From an uncultured Gammaproteobacteria bacterium (GTDB lineage: Bacteria; Patescibacteriota; Microgenomatia; Levybacterales; GWA1-39-11), in contig CAZEGF010000008.1 in the NCBI GenBank assembly GCA_964511965.1, positions 3,497 to 67,496 of the forward strand: a stretch of 64,000 nucleotides of DNA, given 5' to 3'. The notes under the pieces were generated by a model, which was not told where the DNA came from, made no database searches, and saw only the letters and a program-made list of their open reading frames with translations. Shown one piece after another: positions 9,977 to 20,594 of the stretch; the first letter of the stretch is position 1, and each line of letters opens with the position of its first letter. Position numbers and translations under genes: made by a program.

Positions 9977-10126
9977 ATATTCATAGTAGAAGAAATATGT
10001 TTTTTATTCAATAGGACAGTTTGCTATTTCTTTTTTTGGCCTCATCGAATATATTTGCGAATGCAAATGAAGCAGAAAAGCCGATAGGTATTTTCTTTTT
10101 GAGGCTTTTCAACTATAATATACCCT

Positions 10127-10258
10127 ATGTCTGAACGAATGACAAAAAATAATAAATTGAAAGGACAGAAAAAGCACGGCTTTTTGGGAAGGCTCAAAAC
10201 TCTTGGTGGTAGCAATCTCATCAAAAGACGTAGACAAAAGGGCAGAAAAAGTCTCTAA
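10127..10258 (+). CDS. rpmH: 50S ribosomal protein L34 (43 aa; absent from ORF track)
   Basis: Hand translation [43 protein letters not shown]; stop overlaps rnpA start (TAATG). Confidence 0.9.
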   Translation: MSERMTKNNKLKGQKKHGFLGRLKTLGGSNLIKRRRQKGRKSL

Positions 10259-10578
10259 TGTTTGACCGAAGTCACAGATTTTCCTTTAAAAAGGGTGCAC
10301 CAAAACGTATATTTGCTACACCCCTGTTTGTTATCAGATTTGATACAAATAACGATAAATTACACAGCAGTGTAGTTGTCGGCAAAAAGGTTGACAAACG
10401 GGCGGTTGTACGAAATAGAATTAAAAGACAAATAAACGCTATACTAAAAGAAGTGCTATCAACAGAATTAAAATTTGATATTGTTTTTTTTATAAAAAAA
10501 CAAATTAATGAGGCAGAAACTGATACTATTAAAGAAACAATTTTCAAATCTCTAAAAGAAATACACATACTTAAATGA
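10258..10578 (+). CDS. rnpA: Ribonuclease P protein component
   Basis: KKVDKRAVVRNRIKR (RNR motif); rpmH-rnpA-yidC-jag synteny. Confidence 0.93.
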   Translation: MFDRSHRFSFKKGAPKRIFATPLFVIRFDTNNDKLHSSVVVGKKVDKRAVVRNRIKRQINAILKEVLSTELKFDIVFFIKKQINEAETDTIKETIFKSLKEIHILK

Positions 10579-11390
10579 ATATCGGAGCAATTTTCACAAT
10601 CCTTCTCACACAACCTATTACAAATCTTTTAGTTGGGTGCTACCAACTTTTTGCATTTCTACATATTCCATTTGCTCTTGGTTTTTCAATAATTCTTCTA
10701 ACATTCATAATCCGTCTTGTTCTTTATCCATTTACTGCATCACAAATAAAAACGAGTAAGAAAATGCAAGATATGGCACCTCATATTTCAAATCTAAAAG
10801 CAAAACACAAAGACGATAAAAAGAAGCAGCAAGAAGAAATGATGAAGTTATATTCAGAATTTGGGGTAAATCCGGCTGCCGGATGTCTACCAGTTATTAT
10901 CCAAATCCCAATTATCTGGAGTTTGTACCATGTGTTAAGCACTGTTGTAAATGCAAATTCTGTTGCAAAGCTCAAAGAGATTAATCATCTTATGTATTTT
11001 GATGGATTAAAATTAACAAAGCTTTGGGAGGTAACATTTTTTGGAATTCCTCTTTCTCAATCTCCAGCACAACTCATGGGTCATATGCCTCTTATAATTT
11101 TAGTACCAGTCATAACTGGAGTATTACAGCTTATTTTCTCAAAAATGATGGCACCGGAAGTTGCACCAACCGGAAAACAAGATGACTTTCAGGCTACCTT
11201 TGCAAAACAATCGCTATTTATTTTCCCAATCATGATTGCATTCTTTTCGTTTAGACTTCCATTCGGACTCTCATTATACTGGAATGCGTTCACGATTTTT
11301 GGTATAATTCAGCAGTACTTTTTAGTTGGACTTGGTGGCCTAAAGCAATGGCAAAAGTTCACAGCAAATTTATATGGAAAAAGAAATTAG
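10575..11390 (+). CDS. yidC: Membrane protein insertase YidC/Oxa1
   Basis: G.SIILLT.IIR.VLYP, NP.AGCLP..IQ.PI, GLSLYW. Confidence 0.95.
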   Translation: MNIGAIFTILLTQPITNLLVGCYQLFAFLHIPFALGFSIILLTFIIRLVLYPFTASQIKTSKKMQDMAPHISNLKAKHKDDKKKQQEEMMKLYSEFGVNPAAGCLPVIIQIPIIWSLYHVLSTVVNANSVAKLKEINHLMYFDGLKLTKLWEVTFFGIPLSQSPAQLMGHMPLIILVPVITGVLQLIFSKMMAPEVAPTGKQDDFQATFAKQSLFIFPIMIAFFSFRLPFGLSLYWNAFTIFGIIQQYFLVGLGGLKQWQKFTANLYGKRN

Positions 11391-11826
11391 TGTAATACAA
11401 AAAGAGCTTGAAAAGCTCCTCAAACAAATTGGAGTTAAATCAACTATTGTAGTTGAGGCTAATGATGACGGGTATACAATTGTTCTGGACGCTTTAGAAG
11501 ACAACGCACTTCTTATTGGAAAACATGGAAATACACTCGCTTCTCTTGAACTTATTGTTAATCTGATTGTTGCAAATAAATTAGGAGAATTTAGAAGAAC
11601 AACAATCGAAATTGGTAGTTATAGAGCTGAACGGGAACAATATCTCACAGAGCTTGCTGATAAGTTGAAAGAGGAAGTTATAACATCAGGTTACGAAAAA
11701 CAAGTAAGGGGTCTAAAGCCTTGGGAAAGAAGATATTTGCATATGCATTTGGCTGAAGATAATGACGTCATGACAGAATCGGTTGGTGAAGACCGCGACC
11801 GCACATTAGTTATCAAAAAGAAGTGA
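11374..11826 (+). CDS. jag: Jag/KhpB KH-R3H RNA-binding protein
   Basis: LIGKHG.TL, ERR.LH, ES.GE..DR. Confidence 0.9.
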   Translation: MEKEISVIQKELEKLLKQIGVKSTIVVEANDDGYTIVLDALEDNALLIGKHGNTLASLELIVNLIVANKLGEFRRTTIEIGSYRAEREQYLTELADKLKEEVITSGYEKQVRGLKPWERRYLHMHLAEDNDVMTESVGEDRDRTLVIKKK

Positions 11827-13064
11827 ACCGTTATCAGAGAATAGCCTTTTTCTCACTGCTCGCAACACTCCCAATACAATTAGGTAAACATTTCTGGCCA
11901 CTATTCTCATTTGTTCAAGGAATAAGAATTGATTATTTATCTCCAACATTTTATTTAAGTGACCTCTGTTTTATTTTTCTTTTTCTTGTTTCTTTCAGAT
12001 CTTTAAAATTTAAACTTTCTAAAATATTCTTTTCAAAACTTGGAGTTATTTTAGTTTTTAGTATGTTTTGTTCAACAATTCTTGCAGCAAACTTATATGC
12101 AGCAATCTTTGGGGTAGTAAAGTTGTCGGAATTTATATATATAGGGGTTTTTGTCTCCCATTTTTTTAAGAAAAGGGATATAGAAAGCTCTCTGTTCATT
12201 CTTGCTCTTGGTGGTTTAGTTGAGAGCGTTATTATTTTATTTCAATTTGTCGCTCAGCATTCTCTTGGGGGCATGTTCTACTATTTAGGAGAAAGGACCT
12301 TTAATGCATCAACTCCTGGGATCGCAACAGCCCAATTTATGGGAAATTATTTATTAAGGCCAAATGGTACATTTCCCCACCCAAATGTTGCTGCATTTTT
12401 TCTTTTGTTTGTCTTCGTTTGGGTTTTATACTCTTTAAAATTACAAAAGACTTTTATAAGTTTTTTAAAGATTTTAGTACTTGTGATTTTATCTATTGGG
12501 ATCGTATTGACGCTGTCAAGAATAATTACTTTTCTTTTGATTGGTATAATTCTTTACAAAATAAGACCATCGGGAAGAATTAATATCACACTTACTCTTT
12601 TAGGAGTGTTGGGTATATGTATTTTACTATTTCAGAGGTTTGAAGCTACCCTTATTAAGGATTTAGTGTTAAGAGAGGAGCTTGTTGAAATTGCAGTAAA
12701 AATATTCTTTGCAAATCCGGTTTTTGGAACAGGTCTTAACAATTTTTTCTATACTGAAATACTCTTTCAAAAAACCCTAAGCCCCATACTGTTACAGCCT
12801 GTACACAATATATATCTTTATTGGATTACTCAAACCGGAATTGTAGGTTTTGTTATTGCAGTTTCATTTATTAAAAAAATAGCAATAGAATTAAAAAAGA
12901 AAATTGAATTAAAAATCAAAGAAAATTTTTACAAATTCGTAGCAATAACAATTTTTTGTATCGGCTTTACCGGGATGTTTGACCATTATTTTTTAACGCT
13001 TCAGCAAGGACAACTCCTAACAACAATTATAATAGGGTTCTGCTTTTCAAATATTGATTCTTAA
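11823..13064 (+). CDS. O-antigen ligase family membrane protein
   Basis: Multi-TM; R..GTFPHPN, P.FGTG..NF, PVHNIY. Confidence 0.85.
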   Translation: MNRYQRIAFFSLLATLPIQLGKHFWPLFSFVQGIRIDYLSPTFYLSDLCFIFLFLVSFRSLKFKLSKIFFSKLGVILVFSMFCSTILAANLYAAIFGVVKLSEFIYIGVFVSHFFKKRDIESSLFILALGGLVESVIILFQFVAQHSLGGMFYYLGERTFNASTPGIATAQFMGNYLLRPNGTFPHPNVAAFFLLFVFVWVLYSLKLQKTFISFLKILVLVILSIGIVLTLSRIITFLLIGIILYKIRPSGRINITLTLLGVLGICILLFQRFEATLIKDLVLREELVEIAVKIFFANPVFGTGLNNFFYTEILFQKTLSPILLQPVHNIYLYWITQTGIVGFVIAVSFIKKIAIELKKKIELKIKENFYKFVAITIFCIGFTGMFDHYFLTLQQGQLLTTIIIGFCFSNIDS

Positions 13065-15310
13065 TGAGGAGTTGGTGTAGGTTCTTGTGGTTGAGGGCAA
13101 GTAACACAATAAGAGTCACCGGTTGGATCAGTTACTATTGCCTCGTCTTTTTCCTCAACGTTATCTGTTTTTCCAGCTGGGGCAAGCGTTTGTGTTGTCT
13201 TATCTACAAAAACTTTACGCATGCCAGGATCAACTGTTCTTGGCAGAGTACCTTTAATGAAATATTCAAATCTTGTTGGGCATACATAAGGTGAGCCTGC
13301 CGGTTGCGGCAATAGACCTGAGGTTGCACAGACCGTTGCGCCGATAACATTATCCGGTTTGTTAAGAGTCTCGACGGGCTTTCCTTCTAAAAGCTTTGCC
13401 ATTATTTGGTGCCAGATAGGAGCTGCTCCCGTTATTCCTGAAACAACACCCTGAAGTGGTTTATTGTCATTATTACCTACCCAGGTTGCTACTACATATG
13501 AAGGGGTATATCCTATGGTCCAGTTATCACGGTAATCATTTGTTGTTCCGGTTTTGACAGACACTGTCTGTCCTTTAATTGATAATGGAGAATTACTACC
13601 GAAGGAAGCACTTCTTGCTCCATTGTCTGAGAGTATATTAGAAATAATATATGCTACCCCATCAGGAAGAACTTTTTTCCCTAATAGAGGACTTTCTACG
13701 GGTTTGTATTGCTGTATTATTTTTCCTTTAGAATCGGTAACTTTTAATATTGGATGAAGGCCAATCTTATATCCGGAATTTGCAAATACACCGTAGGCTT
13801 CTGTCATTTCAACCATTGTTACCTCTCCTCCACCAAGCGTTAAAGATAATCCATAGCGATCCGGATCAGTAAATGAATTAATACCCATTGCACTTGCTGT
13901 TGCAATCATGGCTTCTAGTCCATTTAATTTGAGCATTTTTACAGCGGGTATATTAAATGAATTTGCCAATGCATATCTCATCTGTTGTACTCCATGGAAC
14001 TTAAGATCATAGTTGAGAGGGCAATATGGTGCACCTGATGGATTTGGAAAGCATGTTTTTTGATCAACAAATGGTGTTGCGGCAGTATATCCTTTAATAA
14101 GACCTGTCGCATAATTTATTGGTTTGATTGATGATCCAGGTTGTCTTTTTGAAATTGCTACATTTACGTTTCCATCCCTTTCGGTATCAAAATAATTTCT
14201 ACTTCCAACCATCGCCAAAACTTCACCGGTGCCGGGACGTGTTACCATACTTGCTGCGTTATACCAATTATTACCGGTTAATGTTGCCTCTTCCGTCGCT
14301 ATTGCATCCTCTGCTATCTTTTGGACGTCAAGGTCAAGTGACGTTGTAACAATTAATCCACCCTGTTCTACCATCTTTTCACCATATTGTTGTACGAGAA
14401 GATCTTTAATAAAGAATACGAAATGAGGAGCTAGTATCGTGTCTTTAATATGATTAAAAACAAGAGGTTCATTCTTGGCCTGCTCGAGCTGATTTTTTGT
14501 AATATAACCGGAGTCTTTCATTGCTTGAAGAACCTGAAGTTGTCTGCTTTTGCCATTTTCAGGATGCGACCCAAAAGGTGAATAAACACTTGGGGCCTGT
14601 GGGAGGCCTGCAAGAAATGCGCTTTCAGAGAGAGTTAATTTCGATACTTCCTTACCAAAATAAATTTGTGATGCTGCCTCTACTCCCCATGCTGTACCTC
14701 CATAAGAAACCTGGTTAAGGTACATTTCCAAAATTCTATTTTTAGAATAGATCGACTCAACGACAAAAGACAGCAACACTTCCTTTATTTTTCTTGTAAT
14801 CGTTCGATCTAAAGTCAAAAGTGAATTTCTAACGAGTTGTTGTGTTATGGTAGACCCTCCCTGTACTGACTTATGCGTTAACGTTACATACGCAGCGCGC
14901 ATAATGCCTCTGATATCAACCGCACCGTGATTATAGAAATTTTTATCTTCAATTGAGATCGTTGCTTCCTGTAGGTATTTTGGGATTTTGTTTAAAGATA
15001 CAAATGATTGATTTCTACTTGCATAGATTGTGTAAAGCAATTTTCCGTCCCGCGAATAAATTTTGCTAGATTGAGGGAAGTTATTGCTTCCTATTACAGT
15101 TGCACGTGGTACATCTTTTATGACTAATAATATTGCTACTGCGAAAATACTGATAGGTATTGCTAAGAGAAAGTAACTGAGTAAAAGCCATTTATTTTTA
15201 ACTAGAATTGAAGGTTTTTTAATAACCTTCAAAACCATTCGAAATGGATAGGACAAGCGTTTGGTTGCTTTTTTCATTGGGGCTTTTGAGTACTGTTTTT
15301 TAGTAAACAT
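13061..15310 (-). CDS. Second class A penicillin-binding protein
   Basis: EDKNFYNH, GGSTITQQL, RQPGSSIKP, SFN, KTGT. Confidence 0.95.
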   Translation of the reverse strand: MFTKKQYSKAPMKKATKRLSYPFRMVLKVIKKPSILVKNKWLLLSYFLLAIPISIFAVAILLVIKDVPRATVIGSNNFPQSSKIYSRDGKLLYTIYASRNQSFVSLNKIPKYLQEATISIEDKNFYNHGAVDIRGIMRAAYVTLTHKSVQGGSTITQQLVRNSLLTLDRTITRKIKEVLLSFVVESIYSKNRILEMYLNQVSYGGTAWGVEAASQIYFGKEVSKLTLSESAFLAGLPQAPSVYSPFGSHPENGKSRQLQVLQAMKDSGYITKNQLEQAKNEPLVFNHIKDTILAPHFVFFIKDLLVQQYGEKMVEQGGLIVTTSLDLDVQKIAEDAIATEEATLTGNNWYNAASMVTRPGTGEVLAMVGSRNYFDTERDGNVNVAISKRQPGSSIKPINYATGLIKGYTAATPFVDQKTCFPNPSGAPYCPLNYDLKFHGVQQMRYALANSFNIPAVKMLKLNGLEAMIATASAMGINSFTDPDRYGLSLTLGGGEVTMVEMTEAYGVFANSGYKIGLHPILKVTDSKGKIIQQYKPVESPLLGKKVLPDGVAYIISNILSDNGARSASFGSNSPLSIKGQTVSVKTGTTNDYRDNWTIGYTPSYVVATWVGNNDNKPLQGVVSGITGAAPIWHQIMAKLLEGKPVETLNKPDNVIGATVCATSGLLPQPAGSPYVCPTRFEYFIKGTLPRTVDPGMRKVFVDKTTQTLAPAGKTDNVEEKDEAIVTDPTGDSYCVTCPQPQEPTPTPH

Positions 15311-15335
15311 GATTGTATCACAATGGACTTATAAA

Positions 15336-18029
15336 TTATTTTTGCACAGAAGCCTTTTGAATTTCAATTTGAGTTTGAAAGTCTTTTTTAATAGTCTCCT
15401 CTTTTTCTAAAAAGTTCTTACCATATGCATCAGCTGAGGCATTAACAGGAATAAATCCTTCAGGATAATCGACAGTCGTTTTTAATTTATACGGCTTTGT
15501 ACCTGGTTGCTTTATATAAAGTAGTGAGTAGTTAACGATAGTTGATATTGACTTTGAAATTCCATTATCATAGTCAATTTTAATATCTGATTTCTCATCC
15601 GGTAATACTGTTGCGATAAACGCAAAAAAAGTAAGATTGTCTTTATTATATTGTTCAACCTCAAGTTTTCCGGATGGTTTAAAGTTTTTTGCTTCGTATA
15701 TTTTAAAATCCGTAACTGCTGGAGTTGTTGTTTGTTTGACACCATTAATCGTAATTTGTTTTAGAACACTTCCCTTCGGAACTGCTATCTGTATATAGGT
15801 TTTATAAGTGTCTACAGGACTAATATTTGTTAACAGAAGATTTGCTTGTGAGGATACTCTCCCCTGCTCAAGCATCGCTTCATAGTTAACCTCTCTGGAG
15901 ATATTTGCATTGACTTTATTTGCACCAATATTTGCTTCGTTTATATACAAGAAATCATTTAACGATTTTGGACTAGATTTTCTGGCATCGTTATACTCTC
16001 CGGCATAGCCGTTAGCGGAAAAAGCTTTTTGAATGGAATTGTCACTGAATGAGATAATAATATCCTTCTGCTCTAATAAGTCAGGTATTAATTTTGCGGC
16101 TTTAATATAGAATTTTGAGTCTGTCGTAAATTTTAATAAAAGTTGAGTAAAAAGGCTATTGAGAATATCCCTCTTTTCTGTTGAGCCTGGGAAAAAATTG
16201 TCTTTTATGGTGGTTTGAATAAATTGTGAAACAGTGTCACTGTCAACAGTTACATTGTAGCTTTGAAGTTTTATTGGACCGGTAATTCTTAGTATTTCCC
16301 TAAGAACTTCCAAATCAATAGCTATAACAGCGTCAGGTTTTTTCCCAGTTTCTAGGTTATAAAGAAGCGCGGCCATGCTTGCTGACTCTTGAAAATTAAG
16401 GTAAAAATTGCTATCCCGAAGGTATAGATGTGGTTGCAGATAGCGTCTTACTATAAAAGGAGGTTCAATATGATTTCTTAATTGTCCATCCAACTCATAA
16501 ACATCTTGAATTGTAAGATTTTGTATTTTACCTTTTTTAACAACTGCATCCCCTATTGAACCAATAAACCCTCCGGTTGGACGAAGCTCATCATCGTTTT
16601 GAAATAAAAGTAGATAATTTTTATCTTCATAAAATCCGAGGATGGTTGGCAATATTTCTGACAGACTTAAAAGCTTTGAATAGGTTTGTTTTAATCTGGA
16701 GGAAATGTCTTTGTTCCCCGTCTCAAGTGACACCCTCTGCCCTTCTGAATAAAGAAAGGAAAGATTTGATGTTATAGATGATAACGATTGTTCAGAATTA
16801 AAATTTCCTTTAAACAATTTCGTCATAGTAACTCCAGTAATTTGAGAAAGCTCACCTGCTTTTTGCACAAAAGTATAAGAGGTAACAGCCTTTTGAAAAA
16901 CATCTATGTTACCAATTAGATCAAATGTAATATTAGTTGTCGGTTTAATTGCCGTTAAAAAATAATTTGATATTCTTGCATCTTTTTCAACGTTTTTAAA
17001 ATTGTCGGTCTTTATATCCTCCACTGCGAGACGTAAATAAAACAAACCCATTCCAAAGAAAAATAGATTTATGAATATAAAAAGTATAGATCCAAAAAGA
17101 ATACTAAGAATAGTAAATTTTAAGGTACTTAATAATTTTCTTTTCCTTTTTAATCTTCTCGATTTATTTACTTTGCCGGGAGTAGTCGCATCATGTAGAA
17201 TTTCTTTATTCTCAAGTATAGGAGTAAAAGCTTTATCAAATCCTTCGGAAGAAGAATCCAAATAAGAGTCATGTAGTTGAAGACGGGTTGTCAATATAGT
17301 TTTTATTTCATCTCGTGAAATTGTAAGAGAATTATTCCTTTCATCCGAAAATTTAATTTTAATTTCTGGATCCAATCTGGCGATAGCATGCGAGACAGCA
17401 AGAATTGTTTCTGGTGTTTTATAGAAGAGATAATGAATAGTCTCATTTTTATAATTCCCTAACATTAATCTTAAAATTCCTGTGATAGCATCTTTAACGG
17501 ATATAGGATAAACAGACGATAAGTTGTCTCCGTGTAAATCGATTTCATGCTTTGATATTACGTTGTCAATAATTTTCGAAAGTTGTCCATTTTGATTACC
17601 CTCCTTTTGAACCATAAGCTCCCCAAGCAATGCAAATCTAATATGTGGAAAAGATTTGTATTCTCTAATTACATCTATTACTTTAATAAGTGAGAAAACT
17701 GTAACAACAAATAGAACTCGTGTTTGGTCTAGAGAGAATTTTGACATAACAGGGTGCAGAAGAGTTGTAGTTTTGTCTTCAGCTACTAGGACTAAAGCAT
17801 AATCTATTGTTTCTTCAAGCTTAGGAAGAAGGGTTGCGTCTTGGTACGTTAAGAAATAAATCTCCGGGAAATCTTCTAGAAAGTTTGGCTTCTTATGACT
17901 TATCAAAATAATACGAAATTTTTTCGAATATTCTCTCACCAATTGACCCTGCAAGAATTCCTCATCACCATATATACAAAGCAAAGGAAGTTTTGATTCT
18001 CTTTCCTCAACAAGTTGTAAATTTGGCAT
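15336..18029 (-). CDS. DUF4012 domain membrane protein
   Basis: YLLLFQN..ELRPTGGFIGS, LRDSN and N.GANK.N motifs; central TM helix. Confidence 0.85.
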   Translation of the reverse strand: MPNLQLVEERESKLPLLCIYGDEEFLQGQLVREYSKKFRIILISHKKPNFLEDFPEIYFLTYQDATLLPKLEETIDYALVLVAEDKTTTLLHPVMSKFSLDQTRVLFVVTVFSLIKVIDVIREYKSFPHIRFALLGELMVQKEGNQNGQLSKIIDNVISKHEIDLHGDNLSSVYPISVKDAITGILRLMLGNYKNETIHYLFYKTPETILAVSHAIARLDPEIKIKFSDERNNSLTISRDEIKTILTTRLQLHDSYLDSSSEGFDKAFTPILENKEILHDATTPGKVNKSRRLKRKRKLLSTLKFTILSILFGSILFIFINLFFFGMGLFYLRLAVEDIKTDNFKNVEKDARISNYFLTAIKPTTNITFDLIGNIDVFQKAVTSYTFVQKAGELSQITGVTMTKLFKGNFNSEQSLSSITSNLSFLYSEGQRVSLETGNKDISSRLKQTYSKLLSLSEILPTILGFYEDKNYLLLFQNDDELRPTGGFIGSIGDAVVKKGKIQNLTIQDVYELDGQLRNHIEPPFIVRRYLQPHLYLRDSNFYLNFQESASMAALLYNLETGKKPDAVIAIDLEVLREILRITGPIKLQSYNVTVDSDTVSQFIQTTIKDNFFPGSTEKRDILNSLFTQLLLKFTTDSKFYIKAAKLIPDLLEQKDIIISFSDNSIQKAFSANGYAGEYNDARKSSPKSLNDFLYINEANIGANKVNANISREVNYEAMLEQGRVSSQANLLLTNISPVDTYKTYIQIAVPKGSVLKQITINGVKQTTTPAVTDFKIYEAKNFKPSGKLEVEQYNKDNLTFFAFIATVLPDEKSDIKIDYDNGISKSISTIVNYSLLYIKQPGTKPYKLKTTVDYPEGFIPVNASADAYGKNFLEKEETIKKDFQTQIEIQKASVQK

Positions 18030-18121
18030 ACCATTTTATTGTAGAGATATAATTACCGCTTGTCGAGTATTTTGAGCGTAATGCGGGAAAACCTTTACAC
18101 AACGATTTTTATGGTAGTTTG

Positions 18122-18544
18122 TTAAATTTTGAAGTCAAGAGCATCATTTACTAAGCCATCAGCTACCTTGTTTTGGGCACGAGGAATCTGAGAATATATA
18201 ATTTGAGCTGAGAGTTGTGCCTCAAGATTTTTTGCTACCAAAAATAACTCTCTCATATTTGGATGTTTTACCTTAAACTTTCCATCCATTTGTCGTGCAA
18301 CTAGAAGTGAATCTAAATGAAAATGAATCACCTCGATATTAGGATAGTGTTCAATAACCCAACGGAGGGCATTAATTACAGCAGAGTACTCCGCAACATT
18401 ATTTGTGTTAATACCAATTCGTTTTCCTTCTCCATATATTTGATTTTTGTTTTCATCAAACACTGCAAACCCGTAAGCTGCTTCCCCAGGATTTCCCCGT
18501 GATCCTCCGTCTCCGTAAATGATAAGTTTTGAATGAGGTTTCAT
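18122..18544 (-). CDS. rnhA: Ribonuclease HI family protein
   Basis: DGGSRGNPG.A, TNNVAEY, DS.LV, R..N..AD.L.N.ALD. Confidence 0.92.
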   Translation of the reverse strand: MKPHSKLIIYGDGGSRGNPGEAAYGFAVFDENKNQIYGEGKRIGINTNNVAEYSAVINALRWVIEHYPNIEVIHFHLDSLLVARQMDGKFKVKHPNMRELFLVAKNLEAQLSAQIIYSQIPRAQNKVADGLVNDALDFKI

Positions 18545-18593
18545 TTATGCATTGCAGTTTTTTTCGATGGTTGTAACCGAAAAGCCTGCTATA

Positions 18594-19850
18594 TTAAGCT
18601 TTGTTGCTCTTAACAAAATACCACAGCATGAAGATAAAAACCAGGGCTTCCGAAACTCCTGTGGAAATTGCAGCTGCTTTATAAGAATACACTGGAACAA
18701 AAATAATGTTCAGAATTATATTTAGCAAAAGCGCTCCACCATAAAGAGGAACCAAGAATTTTAATTTGTTGTTAATAACAAAATGCCATTGCAAAAGACT
18801 TGTCATAAAGAAGAAGGGTAGGGATAGAGCAAGAATTTGAAACGGATAAACCGAACGAGAAAAATCACTTTTGATAACTGACAACAGTGGTGCACAAAAG
18901 AATGCGGTAAATGCTATTCCTAAAGAAAGAAAAATAAAAAGTGAAGAATAGCGTTTGATTAAAGGAATATAAGTTCTTGGATTTTTGCTTTCTTTAAGAA
19001 GTAATGGATAAACACTGTTTGCGAGGTATGCAGGGAATGCTAAAAGTATCTCAAAGAATTTATAAGAAATTCCATAGACCCCAACATCTAGATTGGGTTT
19101 ATAAATGGAAAGTATAAAGATGTCAGCTTTCGCATAGAGAAGATTGAAGAAAAGCATCATTCCAAGAGGAAGGGACGCAATAATTATATTCTTAGAGAAT
19201 GATTTAAAATTGGAGGTTTTTCCAATAGCAAGTTTGTATTTTTTCTTCATGACTAAAAAAAGCACAGAAACAAGAACTGATCCGGAAACAATATATGAGA
19301 ATAGGAGAAGTGATAGATTTTTTTGCGTCGATGCAAAGATCACAAGAATAAGTAAAACTGCTGAAGAGAGCAAACTTGGAAGTAGGGAAACGTAATAAGA
19401 AAGTTTTCGTTGTAAAAATGCCTGGAGAGACATGTTTATTCCAATAACAACAAGAGTGAGAGAGTAGATGGCAATTCCATATTTTTCAAAATCAGTAAAA
19501 CCGGTACCGGCAAGTTTGTTCTCCGGAAGAAGTTGTGACAGAAAAATTATAATTGGGATTAGGAGAAAAGAGAAAAGAATACGAAGAATTATTAGGTTCC
19601 CAAAATACCTACCGGTATTTCCATAATGTTCTTTGATAAATATGGTATTCAATCCAAAATCCAAAATTAAATAAAAGATCGAAACAAAAGCTACTATTTT
19701 TGTAAAACTACCAAGCGTTTCGTATCCGGCAAAATATGCAATAAGAAGGGTAGCGACAAGTGTAGGAATGCTTGTTGATATTCTGATGAGAAATTGAATA
19801 AGAGTATTTAGAGAAACGGACTTTAATTCGAGTCCCGAAAAAGCTTTCAT
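18594..19850 (-). CDS. Wzx-like oligosaccharide flippase
   Basis: About 12 TMs; DFGL, D..ILS, VG.Y. Confidence 0.82.
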   Translation of the reverse strand: MKAFSGLELKSVSLNTLIQFLIRISTSIPTLVATLLIAYFAGYETLGSFTKIVAFVSIFYLILDFGLNTIFIKEHYGNTGRYFGNLIILRILFSFLLIPIIIFLSQLLPENKLAGTGFTDFEKYGIAIYSLTLVVIGINMSLQAFLQRKLSYYVSLLPSLLSSAVLLILVIFASTQKNLSLLLFSYIVSGSVLVSVLFLVMKKKYKLAIGKTSNFKSFSKNIIIASLPLGMMLFFNLLYAKADIFILSIYKPNLDVGVYGISYKFFEILLAFPAYLANSVYPLLLKESKNPRTYIPLIKRYSSLFIFLSLGIAFTAFFCAPLLSVIKSDFSRSVYPFQILALSLPFFFMTSLLQWHFVINNKLKFLVPLYGGALLLNIILNIIFVPVYSYKAAAISTGVSEALVFIFMLWYFVKSNKA

Positions 19851-19881
19851 AAAGAAAGTATATCGGGGTATTCAGAAGTTA

Positions 19882-20484
19882 TCAACGCTTGGTAACTTCA
19901 ACGAGCGGGTTATGTTCTGAAGGTAAAATTGGCAAAGGTCTAAACGGTTCAAAGAGGCTTTGTAATGCTGTAAAATTATAATGAGGTTTGTTTTCTCTAA
20001 TATATTTTGCGGCTTTGTACGTATCGACTAATCTCTTATGCTCCTCTCCTGAAAAAAAATGAGTCAATTCCCCAAGTCGAAAAGTTTGAGTTAGCGCTAT
20101 ATCATCATAGTATTCATTATTTTCACCCCTCAGGCGAGTAGTAGTCACGGTGAAAGATGCAGTCAATTCCTGACCAGCAGCATCCCTTCCTGTAAAGCTA
20201 AACAAATCTGCAACTTCTCCGCAAGTTAGAGTTGCAAAACCTAAGCTGTTATCGTCTCGATTGTCTTGTAATACATATAAGGAACTATCATCATCAAGAA
20301 ACTCGTGAATAATTGTACCAAAAGGCTCAGCATCTATTTGAAATCGTGAATCGTGGAATAATTGTATTTCGTGAATTCCTTCAGGGGTTCTTGTATCAAC
20401 GGTTTTCCCCATTGCATAAAAGCGCTCCTTTGGGCAAACGGAAGCTGGATCTAAATTAGAAGGATTGGGATATTCCCCTGCCAT
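19882..20484 (-). CDS. Hypothetical protein
   Basis: 200-aa ORF filling the gap; no recognised motif. Confidence 0.6.
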   Translation of the reverse strand: MAGEYPNPSNLDPASVCPKERFYAMGKTVDTRTPEGIHEIQLFHDSRFQIDAEPFGTIIHEFLDDDSSLYVLQDNRDDNSLGFATLTCGEVADLFSFTGRDAAGQELTASFTVTTTRLRGENNEYYDDIALTQTFRLGELTHFFSGEEHKRLVDTYKAAKYIRENKPHYNFTALQSLFEPFRPLPILPSEHNPLVEVTKR

Positions 20485-20594
20485 TTTGCAATCAATAAAC
20501 TAACCACAATGTAACAAATTATAAAAAGAGGTGCAATGAGTCTAACTGTATCAGTTTGTTGAAGCTAACTTAGCCTCATGGTACAATCGGTTGA

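Noticed and set aside
9977-10126. oriC upstream of rpmH
   Set aside because: No dnaA and no TTATCCACA box cluster seen.
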